A stretch of DNA of 64,000 nucleotides from Lingula anatina. Lineage: Eukaryota; Animalia; Brachiopoda. The translations under genes were made by a program, and so were the position numbers. The stretch lies in contig CM120646.1 of the NCBI GenBank assembly GCA_051362555.1, forward strand, positions 15,996,001 to 16,060,000. The letters are read 5' to 3'. A model generated the notes under the pieces. The model was not told the origin of the DNA. It saw only the letters and a list, made by a program, of their open reading frames with translations, and made no database searches. Shown piece after piece: positions 13,601-25,887 of the stretch (position 1 is its first letter; every line of letters begins with the position of its first letter).

Positions 13601-14932
13601 AGGTAAGGGGTTTGAAGGCTGACTCTATGCAGACGTACGTAAGTTTATAATATCATTCTTGGTTATTAGTTGTATGTGATTGTTGTTTGTAGGTTTTACT
13701 ATAGACGTCCCCAGAATAAGGTGAATGGTAGTCAGATTTTTATACGGGTCTGGCCTGAGACTCGTCTCACTCAAAACGTTTGGGAAGTTGACAGTTAGCA
13801 CCCGTAGACTGCAAAATAAAAATTATCGGTCATACACATTTTAACATTAACCCCCCCCCCCCCCCTAGATAAAATAGACCTTGGACATAATAAGAGATAG
13901 ACTAAGTACTTCATATTTATTCTTGGTCAAAGTAGATAAAAATACCAGCGTTCAAGTAAAAAACAACCTTCAACTTAATTTATGCTTGTCAATCAGGGAC
14001 CTGCAATATGTTTACACGGATAGGGTGAAAGGCACTCACATTATTTTATTTTTAATGAATACTAGTACATGGGCAGAAGTCTAATTACTAGATGTACATG
14101 TATGTACATGAACTGTACATGTGGTAGGGCTACTGGTAGTTATAGCCAACCGGGTTCTGTGGGTAACTAGAGACTATCCTCTGGCTCTGTTAGCAACATA
14201 CGTGCCTCTTCCGTAGTGGGACGCCAGAAGAATGCTGATAACACGTGTTAGTTTCCACCCATATGTGACCCTTAGAAGAAGAAAAATTCTTCCTTGTTAA
14301 GCGCAATATCAGTTTGCGAGTTCCTTCCTGTTCCTGGTTCGGAACGCATCGAGTCATCCCAGCCGTATGAGCAAATTTCACATTTCAGTCGCGGTATGAA
14401 CGTGCCCTCTCTGGTACCACAGAGATTCAGCATGGTCAAGTGATAGATTATACATAGTTTTAAAACAAATCTACTGTTTTGTAATGCTGGTGTTTTATAA
14501 TGTATAAGTGACACCCAGTTCATGTGTGGAGAAAAGGAGTGGGAGAAATATTGAATTTAAAAAAATAAAGAAAGAAAAATAAAAAATTCTCAGATATCCA
14601 ATGACATGCTATAGTTACAATGTTAACTTCCGCCAGGGTTTTTAGTTTATTGACACTGTGGTATAATTATTAATAACGAGATAGGCAAATTGACCGCAAT
14701 TATTTCACAAAAATGCGTTGATCCACTGTTGATCAATACTACTTGAGTGGAAATGCCCATGTATGCGGACGTATGTATACTTAATGACTGTAATATATCA
14801 AGTATTAACAATACATGCTCTCCTTACTGTGCCCTATTTTCCTCTCTTCTTTCACTTTTTCAGTTCACTTCTACAATGCAGACCACCCGACCGCAAACGA
14901 TTTTGTGTAAATAACCTGTTTACTGTTTAGAA

Positions 14933-17900
14933 ATGAAGACGGGGATTCCTTGCTCTGACCCCATATCAACAATAATCACGTTCTTTTTCACAGCATTGCT
15001 ATTGAAGCAGAACAATGCAGGTAAGTATGATAACTTTTCATTAAAGGCACACGAACAGTTATTTTATGTTCCTGGGAATTTTAATTTTTTTCTGCTATCA
15101 TTGGCGGACACATACTAGTATATTTTATCCAAAACCATTCTTAAGCCACTGTCACAGTTACCAGTTAAGGTCCGCCATTGTGAGTTCACATCACAGTTGT
15201 AATGTTGTAATGTCATCATCAGATTGTGAAGTGCAGGCCGTGGCAAACACTACACGTTCCCCTCAACAGACTCGAGTTGCATACGGGATTCTGGTCACTT
15301 ACACCTGTACATTACCTTCCGTGCACCTGACTGGAAACTTACGCAGGCGATGTTATTTTAGATGGGTTGACGTTCAAGGCGGATACCAGCGTCAATACTA
15401 CTTGACTGGAAATGCCCCTGTGTGCGGACGTATGTATACGGTCTAGTAAATATACGTCTAACCTGTTGCATAATGTAGTTTATTTACATGAAATAAGATG
15501 TAATCATACAGATTGTTTACCTGTCATTCAACTTTCAACTGTAATTGGGAGATTGGATTCTCATTATTTCACAAGATATCATGGAAATCTGGTGCTAGTG
15601 AGTACTCTCTTTTTACTTGTTCATTTTTACTCCCAGTACCAGATTTTGTTGTCAGCGTTTACCCGAACCATAATGCCCATGGAGCTCAACCAGTGAGTAC
15701 ATCAAACCTTAGACAATGCCTGGAAAGCTGTAATACGTCTACCCGATGCTCTGCCGTTGACTGGGTCATCAACTCTGGAGCATGCTGGCATCACTCGATC
15801 ACCACTGCCTGTAGTGGTCTTCGTGCTGTTAACAACGTCGCGCACTACAAACTGACACACTGCAGTGAGTAAACCCTTGCAGAAGATATAGATATAAATC
15901 CGTCTTTCTTAACTACTTTAATTTTGCATTTAGTCCTTAAATATGCCTTGTTCTTGGGGATATTCATTTTGTGCCCTAGGCTGTTAAGGAATGCAATTCT
16001 TATTTCTTTATGATTTTGTTATAGTATGTCGAATCACGTTTTTTTTTTCTTAAACATGGATGCATTCTTCCGTGTTGTCTAGTTTTGTTTTCACCTGCCC
16101 TATTGCTATATTGCTACACGTATAAGGCTTCGTTCACATGGAAAGTCTATTTTCTAAAAATCTATTTTCTATTCGCGGTATCTTATGATCATGGTCTGTG
16201 CCCTGAATATCCCGCGGCGTAATTACTGGCAGCGCGAGCCAGTTACTTAAGGTAACTTATAGTAACTGGCTCGCGCTGCCAGTAATTACGCCGCGGGATA
16301 TTCAGGGCACAGACCGTGATAAATAATAATAATAATAATAATAAGATTCTTATATGGCGCCTTACATTCTATCTCAATATATCATAATATCCGCGGGATA
16401 TTCAGGGCACAGACCGTGATAAATAATAATAATAATAATAATAAGATTCTTATATGGCGCCTTACATTCTATCTCAAGGCTCCTTACAATAATGGCTAAT
16501 ATACTAAAATCAATATTTTAATCATAAACTCTCATTGGAAACCATTTAAAATTTACACTACTAAAAATCAATCTTATTAAAAAACATATATATATTAAAA
16601 TAAAATCTAAGACATATAGACAGAATTAAAAATGTGGGTCTTTAAAAGAGATTTAAAATTGATCATAAGACATACCGCGAATAGAAAATAGAATTTAGAA
16701 AATAGACATTGCATGTGAATGAAGCCTTAGACCACATTCAGATTCACACATCGTACTAGCTGTATCGGTCCAACTGCGGGGAATTCTCGCCAAAGTGCAA
16801 TCAGTGGAATCAGCTTAATTGTCTGACACGCCTCCTCGAGCAGCTAGGGGATAATTAACTATCGTGTGTTAATCATTGCGTGTTACATGTAACTTCCTGA
16901 TTCATTTATAGGGGCCGTCGGGGATGTCTTTTTTACTTTAAATTCAAGTTTTTTGCGGGTGTTGGATAAGAAATTACCAATCCAGACTCCACTATCTAAA
17001 ACTACAGGCATTATGCCACATCAGGATTTTAAAAATCGTTTCTCTTTTTTTTTGACAAAGCAACATTGACTTTACATTATCGTTTGTTTTATACATTTGA
17101 ATTCAACATGCATTTAGCTCAATTTCTTCCACTGTATAATTGTATAGGTCGAATATGATGTCTGTCCCATGCAATCAAATATCGGCCAAATATAAAATTT
17201 TAATGCTTAAATGATATTTACAATACATTCCAGTTACGTGCAGTGCGACACCTTTTGGCGCCCGCTACACCTACACTGAAACTCGAGCACGGTGGCCTGG
17301 AGAATACCTAACATACCGCTGTCAGTCTGGTTACAGCTTCAGAGATGGAGTCACTACAACAACCAGAACTGCCATCTGTCAAAATAACGGACAATACAGC
17401 ACCCTCTCGCCGTGCTACAGGACGTGTCAACAACCGGTGACCGGTGACAATATTCACGCCAGTAAAACAGGGACTATATATGGTTATGATGTAATTACTT
17501 ACACATGTTCCACTGGGTTTGAGCTGCCATCTGGTGAGAGAACGGTGAATGTCCTCTGCCAGCCAAATGGCCAGCTAAATACCACGCACATTCCAAGCTG
17601 CCAGCGCGTTAGATGCCATCTCAATAACCTCGGTCCTAATGCCCATGCCGTTGAAACATATTTAAACTTTGCATCTTCAGGTGATGTAAATTGCGACGAA
17701 GGATATCAATTTACAAAAGGTGTCACTTCACTCAGAGTTCACTGTCAGTCAGATGGTCGCCTGTCTCCACCCGTCCCCTCTTGTCAACTGATATATTGTG
17801 CTATTCCATTGGTTCCCAATTCCATACCAAGCAATATCAGTTTCGTCCCATTTGAACAAAGTATCACCATTCAGTGCAGACAGGGTTTTCAGTTCCCAAG

Positions 17901-18760
17901 CAATACAACGACTGCGGTGATAAAATGTGGCGAAAACAACAACTTCTCCCCAACTCTACCAGACTGTGTGAGAAGACAATGCCACATTCCGGCAACAGAT
18001 CAGTGGTTCGATGTAACTTCTATTTTAACACCAGGCGCAGCCTATTTCTTTGAGGACTTTGAAGATGTCAAGTGTCTTAAGGGGTACTCTTTCCCAAATG
18101 GCGCGTCCCGAGGTAGAGTAACCTGTGGTGCAAACGGGTCATTTACCCCTCAGTGCTCTAGGAGGAGGTGTGCTCTCCCAGAGACTAACGCTCGTGTATT
18201 GTACAAGCCAGGACCTTATTATTATGGAGACACCGTTAACCTGACATGTCGGCCAGGATACACGTTCCAAGATGGACGAGATTCCATGCCCATTTCTTGT
18301 GACGAGTTTGGTAGTTTTGGAAATGTCTCCGTGTTCTGCAAAAGTATGTACTCTATTAATTTATTTTAAATTAATAGGCGTTACATTACATAAAGAATTC
18401 TATTCTTTTTTAAAAATTATTTTATCAAAAAATTAAAGAATAAACAAAGCAAAATATATTGATAACAGAGACTTCACATGCACAGAATGCTTGTATTTTC
18501 CCATATGAGTACTTTGATATCGCTTTCTTTTTACTGTCATTTGAATTTTTATTTTTTACTTTAAATTGTTTTCTCTCACTGGATTTTATCATATTTTAGG
18601 CCAGCCCGTATTGTTACTTGCAAACGAGCAGACTGCTGCACAGAAAGCTGGGATAATAGGGGGCGTTGTTGCTGCAGTGATTGTTCTGCTTCTTTTTATT
18701 GTGGCTATTGTGTATCTTGTAAGGTAAGGCGACTGCAGAGTGCCACGGTTTGTTAGATCT

Positions 18761-18802
<42 letters not shown>

Positions 18803-19303
18803 CTCACACACACACGTCCAGATTAACTTACCAACAGTCAGCATCGCCATCAAAACTATTCGTTCGCTTTATTTGAAAACAGGCGGAGCAGGGGAACCGG
18901 CCAAACTAACAAGAAGAACACAGCCCAGACTAAAATGCCGGACCAAAATGCCGACTATTCCGAACATTTAAATGCCAATGAGCACATCGCGGACTTTGCC
19001 GGAGATCCGGGCTTTACGCAAATTGAAGCATATGGACCGTCAAGTCATGCACAAATAGACCCACAATATGAAAATACAATCGGTGTGATTGCGGGCACAT
19101 CGGACATACCACACGATGACTCTGGTTTGTATGCAGTTCCAGACAAGCGAAAGAAAATGATATCAAGTTACCACGATGAGGGAGTAGATAGCGACAACGA
19201 TGGCTTTTATGACCTGGCAAAAGACCCGGATGTTGCTGATGACGTCGTCTTTGTTGATAATGACATTTACGAAGCCGGTGATTCTGAGAACGATGACGTC
19301 TGA
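14933..19303 (+). CDS. Type-I membrane receptor-like protein: signal peptide, CCP/sushi, PAN/Apple, 6 CCP/sushi, TM, Tyr-motif cytoplasmic tail, ~725 aa, 6 coding exons
   Basis: Exons 14933-15020, 15223-15429 (CCP), 15637-15864 (PAN: QCLESCNTSTRCSAVDW..CWHH), 17234-18343 (six CCP), 18600-18723 (TM AGIIGGVVAAVIVLLLFIVAIVYLV), 18883-19303 (YSEHL, YENTI, LYAVPDK, FYDLAK, NDIYE). Phases 1,1,1,1,2 are consistent; total 2178 nt. Confidence 0.9.
16125..16727. mobile_element. Palindromic MITE interrupted by a LINE 3' end and a local duplication
   Basis: Outer TIRs AGGCTTCGTTCACATG..CTATTTTCTATTCGCGGTAT / ATACCGCGAATAGAAAATAG..CATGTGAATGAAGCCT, with TA flanks. Near-perfect inner hairpin 16187-16246 / 16261-16320. 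Confidence 0.8.
16421..16660 (-). mobile_element. 5'-truncated CR1/L2-clade LINE 3' end with (TTA)n tail
   Basis: The minus strand reads NFKSLLKTHIFNSVYMS*, resembling the FKxxLKTHLF ORF2 C-terminus. It is followed by a 3'UTR ending GCGCCATATAAGAATC(TTA)n. Confidence 0.7.
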
Positions 19304-19320
19304 GACAACGACTTTCACTG

Positions 19321-19372
<52 letters not shown>
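19321..19372 (+). repeat. Poly(A) homopolymer 17 nt after the receptor stop codon
   Basis: About 52 consecutive A residues. Confidence 0.9.
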
Positions 19373-19373
<1 letters not shown>

Positions 19374-20442
19374 GATCTTCCCAACGACAAATCGTGTTTA
19401 CGTCATATCATCTCTATCAAAGACTTGGCTTTCTGACCGACACGTGCATTTTAAATGTCCTTTTTTTGTAATGATTGTTTTTGTGATATAATGACTGTGT
19501 GATTAATCACTAGAGAGCATTCCGTAGGAACAGTTTATAAATATATTAATATATTAACATTCAATAGTTTATACCCTTTTGCGGTTAAGAACATGCTACC
19601 AAAGATATAAGAGAATTTAGTTAGAATAATGCATTTTATCTTTGATGTGTATTGTCATTTTAACTTTATATCATTAACACTGATTAGCTGGAACTTCGTG
19701 CAACTAATTAAATGAATTATACAATTAATAATTATATCCATGCACGTGTTTGTTATCATTGGGTAGGGTAAATAATTACTTTTTTTTTTGCAGATCTCTA
19801 CCTCTTACTCTAGCGAAACACGCGTTTTAAGAGACAAAATGGGTCAAAGAGTAATGTGAGCTTTTTCTTTTAAATATTATTTAGGTGAGTAAACCCCCCA
19901 TTTTGGAAAGGCAGACAAAGCCTGTGTAACTATATACAATACAATCGGAATCAGTTTTAATTATACATATACCGCCGGTAGTGCACATAGAACTAATGAG
20001 ACATACTAGAACACATAGTTTCTTTATCACGCCCATACAAGTATCATTTTCTTAATTTTACTGAACCTTTATGTCCCTTAAATTCCTTTCCTCTAGCAGC
20101 TTGTTGGCCTCCAGGCTGCGGTCCCTAAACATGCGTTTAATTTGCGTTAATCAGACCCTGCCTCTACTAGTCTCGACTCTTCTTTTTTATGACATATCCT
20201 AAAGGATGTTCTTCTAAAGCTAGTTCGTGGAGATCGATTCACCAATTCTGCATATAAGTATTGCACTATATAGAATATACATGTACATATTAGAATATAT
20301 ATACCGGTACATGTACTTCCCTAGCACAAAAAAGTGTCACTCCTAACGCAATGCGTTAGTGATTCAGAAAACCATGTCTCAAAACAATGTGGTTTATACA
20401 ACTTTGAAAATCCACAAAGACGGTGGAAAACAAAATATATTT

Positions 20443-20690
20443 GACCGACCGGATGACCTTGTGATGTCCGCCTCCAGTGTCCGCCTCCGGAGCGGGAGGA
20501 CGTGAGTTCGACCCCGTCCGGGGACATACCAGTGCTTTATAAACGGTAGGCTACACGCATGCTACCTGCTTGGCATTCAGTACTTGAGGGTTGAAGCAGG
20601 GGCAAATTCCTGGTGTGGCAGCGAGAGTGTCACCACCCAGTGTGTATGTTGACTAGGTGTCCATTATATATCCATTATATATCCATTATA
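20443..20690 (+). mobile_element. tRNA-derived SINE, probably Meta/MESC-core type
   Basis: tRNA-like head with B box GAGTTCGACCC (~20505). It is followed by ACATACCAGTGCTTTATAAACGGTAGG..CCTGCTTGGCATTCAGTACTTGAGGG, which resembles the Meta-SINE central domain as recalled from memory. Short (ATCCATTATAT)n repeats follow. Confidence 0.65.
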
Positions 20691-23066
20691 TACATAGTAT
20701 ATCCATGTAGACCTTTAACCCAATGGAGTGCAATTTCGTTATAATGTTATGATTATTATACTATATATGTATATACATTTGCAAGATAAAGAAACCGGTT
20801 TAAATTACGGAGTTTTAGACAAGATTAAAAAGAAAATCAATGACAATGATAATTGTAACGACTCCAAGCATTACTTTTACTTCATACAATGTTATTTCTT
20901 ATAATAAAAAAGATGTGTCTGCCACATATTTCCATGTTAAAATTAAAACATCCTCGAAAAATGATTTCCAATTGATAAAAAATAAGTCATAATCATCCAT
21001 GACAAGGATGAAAGTTTGGGTCCTGATAAAAAATTAGCCATTAGTCAAATCAAACAGCACATTAGAACAGATATAATCACAGGAGTCATACATGTAGCAA
21101 CAAGTTTAACCGAATAATGTAAAACATTTATTATACAGACTTAAACATCGTCCCTTAACAGCAATGTTAACTCGAACTCAACTCAAACCACAGCTTTTAT
21201 ATAATGGGAACATTACGTGTATTTATAACTGCTTCCTTAGTCAATACAATGCCAGTAATGGTCTGACGCTACATGTACTTTAACATGTAGAGGCAGGCTG
21301 AGATAATGGTAGATTATGGTATATTCACCTTACTATGCCGGTCAACGGCATCTTATTATGCCCAATTCTTTACCAAATGACTATAATATTTTATTTATCA
21401 AAATAAACTTAAACTTCTGAATTATACAAAAATAAAATTTAAATAAACATGTTAAGTAAATAAATATCTATGTAAATTACAATCAGTTTTTTACAAATTA
21501 TACTTGATTAAAATTAATGTAAAAATTAGTTCAATATCATGATATGCAAAAGATAAGACTGGACTCAATTTCTCTATAAATGCAGCATGATTGAATTCTA
21601 TTACGGGTTTGAGCTGTTCATAATTTTTATTATGAACAGCTAAAACAGTTAAAACCCAATATGTACATACAAGTAGGATGTACATACATGCAAGCTGACT
21701 CAGTGAAAGGGTGCATGTACCAGTACGGGGTTAATGACTGAAACACTGGCCCGGGAGGGGGGGGTCTGCATCTTTTCAGTGATTTGGCTTACATAAATTT
21801 TGATAAGATAAAATAAAATATGTCACGAAACATTAGGCACATTCAGAGGGTAAGTTTTATAATAAAGGAATGGGTCATTTTGCCTTTACAAAAAAATGTC
21901 ATCCCTTCACGATTCTGTCACAGTTAAGTCCTATAGGATGCAAATCGTACCGACAACATAATACTCGCTCAACAGTGAAGATTTCCCCTATTTATTTTCA
22001 GTCTACAACGTGAACGACTGGCCCGGATGCAATGGCAGTAAAAATTGGAGCGGGCAGTTGATTCCTGAAAACCAGTCATTTACTGGTCTTACCCGGCCAG
22101 TGGATTTTTTTCTGCTGTTACATGTGCTCCAATTCAGCCAAACGTTAAAGTCTTTTTTCATAATTCTTTGAAATTTCCTTGTTTGAGATCTTATTTGTAA
22201 AAGAAAGACTGTTTAATCTGAATGTGTTTATTTAATTTTAATTTATTAAAGGTACATACGAACCGAGCATCGGTGGAGTGTGGATTCCCAGTAACACATG
22301 TAAACCACTTCTACTAGATTCTTATATGACTCAAATAATTTCGACATGCCAAGGGATAAACTGAATAGATCACTCGATCGGACATAAAAGACCTTTAGAC
22401 TGCTCCTTTCTTTAAATTTATGGTTGTAAATTTAACCTACTTCCGTGACCTACTTTCCTGCCCCATTGACATACAGCTTAGAATACCAGCAGAAACATCT
22501 GTTCAAACATCACATTGGGGTAAAATTAAACAATGGCTTTTGGTAATTCTCTTAGTTATACTACTTGTAACTATATGCTGGCATTTGGTTGGTTTTTGTG
22601 ACAAAAAATTGACTTTGTATGCATCTTTAAAATATTTTGGGAAAATTGGACTCGGGCCATTGAAGTTTGGTTCATCCTGCCAGTAGATTCTCAGACCCTG
22701 GTGGCCCGGATGACCTGTAAATTAAAAAGTATTTGGCACAGACTGCATTTTACATGTACAAATGTAATTGTCTGGATCATTGGAGAGAGTTCAACACACA
22801 CAGGTCTGTTTTAGTACCGAGCACGTTAAGTAGCACTGCCGGCGTTCCATTCGTCTAACGCAAAATATATCGGTGGTGGAGTGAGGAACAATTGTGAGTC
22901 GTGCGTTAACTTGGAAAACGTACGAAAAGCATTTCAAAACTGTGAAATCGTGCGGGAACAGCAGTAAAGCTGCCTCGCATATGTAGTTAAGGAGGTTTGC
23001 CATATATTTATACTACTATCAGACACGTTGCACTTCATCGATCAGTGATGACATTTTACGATCATA

Positions 23067-25887
23067 TCATATGACGTCTTCTTCCGGGTTGTTAGGCTGC
23101 ATTTCAGTGTCACCTGTCGCGGGGGAGAGTTGTCTGTAATATGCCGAGACACACACCAGGGCGTAAAGCTGAAACACGATAATAAGCCAAAAGTTACTTT
23201 AAACCAGGATGTCTACTAATGATGGCTATAAATACGACTCCTTTTAAAAATTCCTTTAAAAATGAGGGACGATGCATAATACTAAAAGGGCGCAATCAGA
23301 AGAAGCTGATCGGAAGACCAACAGATCTATGGATCAATTTTAGATGCGACTGCACTCAAATTAAAAAGACATTCAGTATATACACTCACTCGCGCGCGCG
23401 CGCAAGGGAGAGAGAGAGAGAGAGAGAGCACTTACATCGATAAGAAGTAACGCCAAAAATAGAAAGAATAACACTGCCGGAAGTAATCTGCTTAACGTCC
23501 AGGCTTCATGAAAAAGAATGAAAAAAAGTATTATGCACAGATCAAGTAATGAAATCTACATAATCAACAGAGTAAATTTTAAAAGTTTCAGCCATCTGTA
23601 ACATGTGGCAATTCAATAAGATTTCACAAAAATATACAAGAAGCAATGCGACCTGAACTTTTTTATGATAATTTCAGACTTCATCAAGTTCATTTAATTT
23701 AATCCTTGTCATTTGGTATATTTTTAAAACTCTTGTATCGCTTCTATCTTTACATAATTTCGGCATAACAAATTTTATCATAACCATTTAATGAGATTGT
23801 GTATGAAATATACTAAGTGCTGGAGACCTATATACTATATGAAATTAATTACTACATGTACCACTTCATAAAGACTTTAACTGAAGGACCGTTGTGTTAT
23901 AGAATGTTACACTTGTGAATGTTTCACTTGCGTGTCTGTGCGAAGTACTAAGATACTGGACATAAAATAAGAAATCTAAAAATGAAAAAGTACGGAGAAA
24001 TCCTATAGCATATGTCATGTAATGAGCCATCAAGTATCTTGAAGCACACTGGACGTGCGTGTATTTAGACCAGGCAAGAAGTCATGGCAGTGATCATGTC
24101 TTTGTATACAGTTGTGGTTAGTATAAATGTTATACCTACCAATTGCAAGGAAGGATTGGATCAAGCTGAAGCCTTCCACAAAGACGAAAATCCCGTCCAT
24201 AATCATCCATGGAATAAACATACCACGGATACCCTGGAATACGGTATATAAAAGTATAAAATAATTTACAAAAATTAATATTTGGTGTAAAGTATTGACA
24301 CCCTCCCCACCCCCAGCTCCTCTCCCCACCCCCATCCCCACCCAACACATTGGACCCATTTTAGAAAGTGGATTTTGACAACTGCGTACTGACACTAGAG
24401 CACTTGCTATCTGTTTGAAGATTTTTCTACTCTACATAATAAATTATTATAGCTTTGTGGAACTAAAAACAAATAAGCTCCGTTTTTCTATAAGCATATC
24501 TTAGACTATGAATAAAAAACTACATTGAACAAGATGCCTTACCACCGCTTTCAGATTAACATTTACAACGCAAAAAAAAAAAAACCTTTTCAAGCGGTGT
24601 TCTATTGCATTATTAAAGTTACAATTGGGTTCATATACATTGTCTATAAATAATACTAAATTTAAACAAACTAGTTCTCGTATGTCGTTTAAGAGTGACT
24701 CTGATCTGACCTTAACCACGCCTATGATGAGAAGAATGGAGAACAGGATCCACAGTGATCTCAGAGCGATTTTCGACCAGTAATTGTAGAACTCAAGTGC
24801 GTTAACAGATTCGTCACCTGGAAAAAAGGAACTAAGTGTCGGACATGATATTACATAAGACGTAGCTTTATCTGGTACGTTATTCATCACCAACCTACAG
24901 AAATTCTCGTGTTCGTCATTCATTAAATAACAGTGAATAAATAAATAAATAAATCAATATAACCAAATGAATATTAATTATCTCAACTGCCCGTCTGAGA
25001 ATCACTTATAGACTTATTTACACTTACCGTTGGCTTGATATATCAAACTTAGCAGGTGGCCATACAGGCCCAGTGCTATGGTCCCTTTGATCTGAAACCA
25101 GACATAAATACTAAATGAAGTTCAAATTCTGATAGTTAATATAATTCGACGTTTTGATGTGAAATGAGACCGCAGCCATAGCTGACATGCAGTGCTGTGA
25201 TTGTGGTATCGGATTTTCGAGCAGTGTGGCGGGAATGGTAGTCCGTTGGGAACCGTAGTCCGTTCCCAATTACTTTGTAACGGTGTCATTCGTCTCATAT
25301 GCTTACCCCATGCTCCGACTAACCCTAACCTGCACTAAATGGACTATATGGACTACCATTCTTGTCGCACCACTACGTAGTCGTAGGGGGCGTGCAGGGG
25401 TCTATATATAGGGTTTAATCCGTCCCACCACAAGCAGTTTTTGAAACAAGCCGATCCAAAGTGCAAGAAGCTGGGAAGGGGGATTCAGAACAATGTCCAA
25501 TTCTTTTACCTAATTTTCTTTTCACAAAACACGTACAATGTTACGTCGCTGACGTCATATAGGCCGACACTACAATAACCCGATGTTCACTACAAACACT
25601 GGGGGATATGGAAATAATTTACATGTATTTTTGTTGTTATGCCCCCTCTCCCTCTTCCACACCGATTCAACACACCTCCTGAAGGTGATACGTTTGATAT
25701 GACAATAGAAAATACTCCGACAATTAAAAAACCTTATATCTTTCATCTCTACCGAATACATTTTCCGTAATTTAAAATAATTTATTCCAATGTTTCACTA
25801 TTGTTTGTCGATTTTACTTACTATAGACCATATCGCACTTGCTATGGAGCCTTGTTTAAGATTCATACAGCGACAACACGTCTTCAT
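23067..25887 (-). CDS. Four-TM LAPTM4-like protein, tandem copy 1 (166 aa, most divergent)
   Basis: Exons 25822-25887 (MKTCCRCMNLKQGSIASAIWSI), 25028-25091, 24711-24817, 24140-24233 (GIRGMFIPWMI..), 23436-23503, 23067-23168 (LYALVCVSAYYRQLS..*). Sizes 66+64+107+94+68+102 = 501 nt. Confidence 0.87.
25225..25372. mobile_element. Small TIR element with internal CTAACCCTAACC, in intron 1 of copy 1
   Basis: GTGTGGCGGGAATGGTAGTCC ... GGACTACCATTCTTGTCGCAC inverted repeats; absent from the homologous intron of copies 4 and 5. Confidence 0.55.

Noticed and set aside
20480-20530. Possible tRNA gene
   Set aside because: Only a B box and a degenerate head are present, followed by a SINE core; there is no full cloverleaf.
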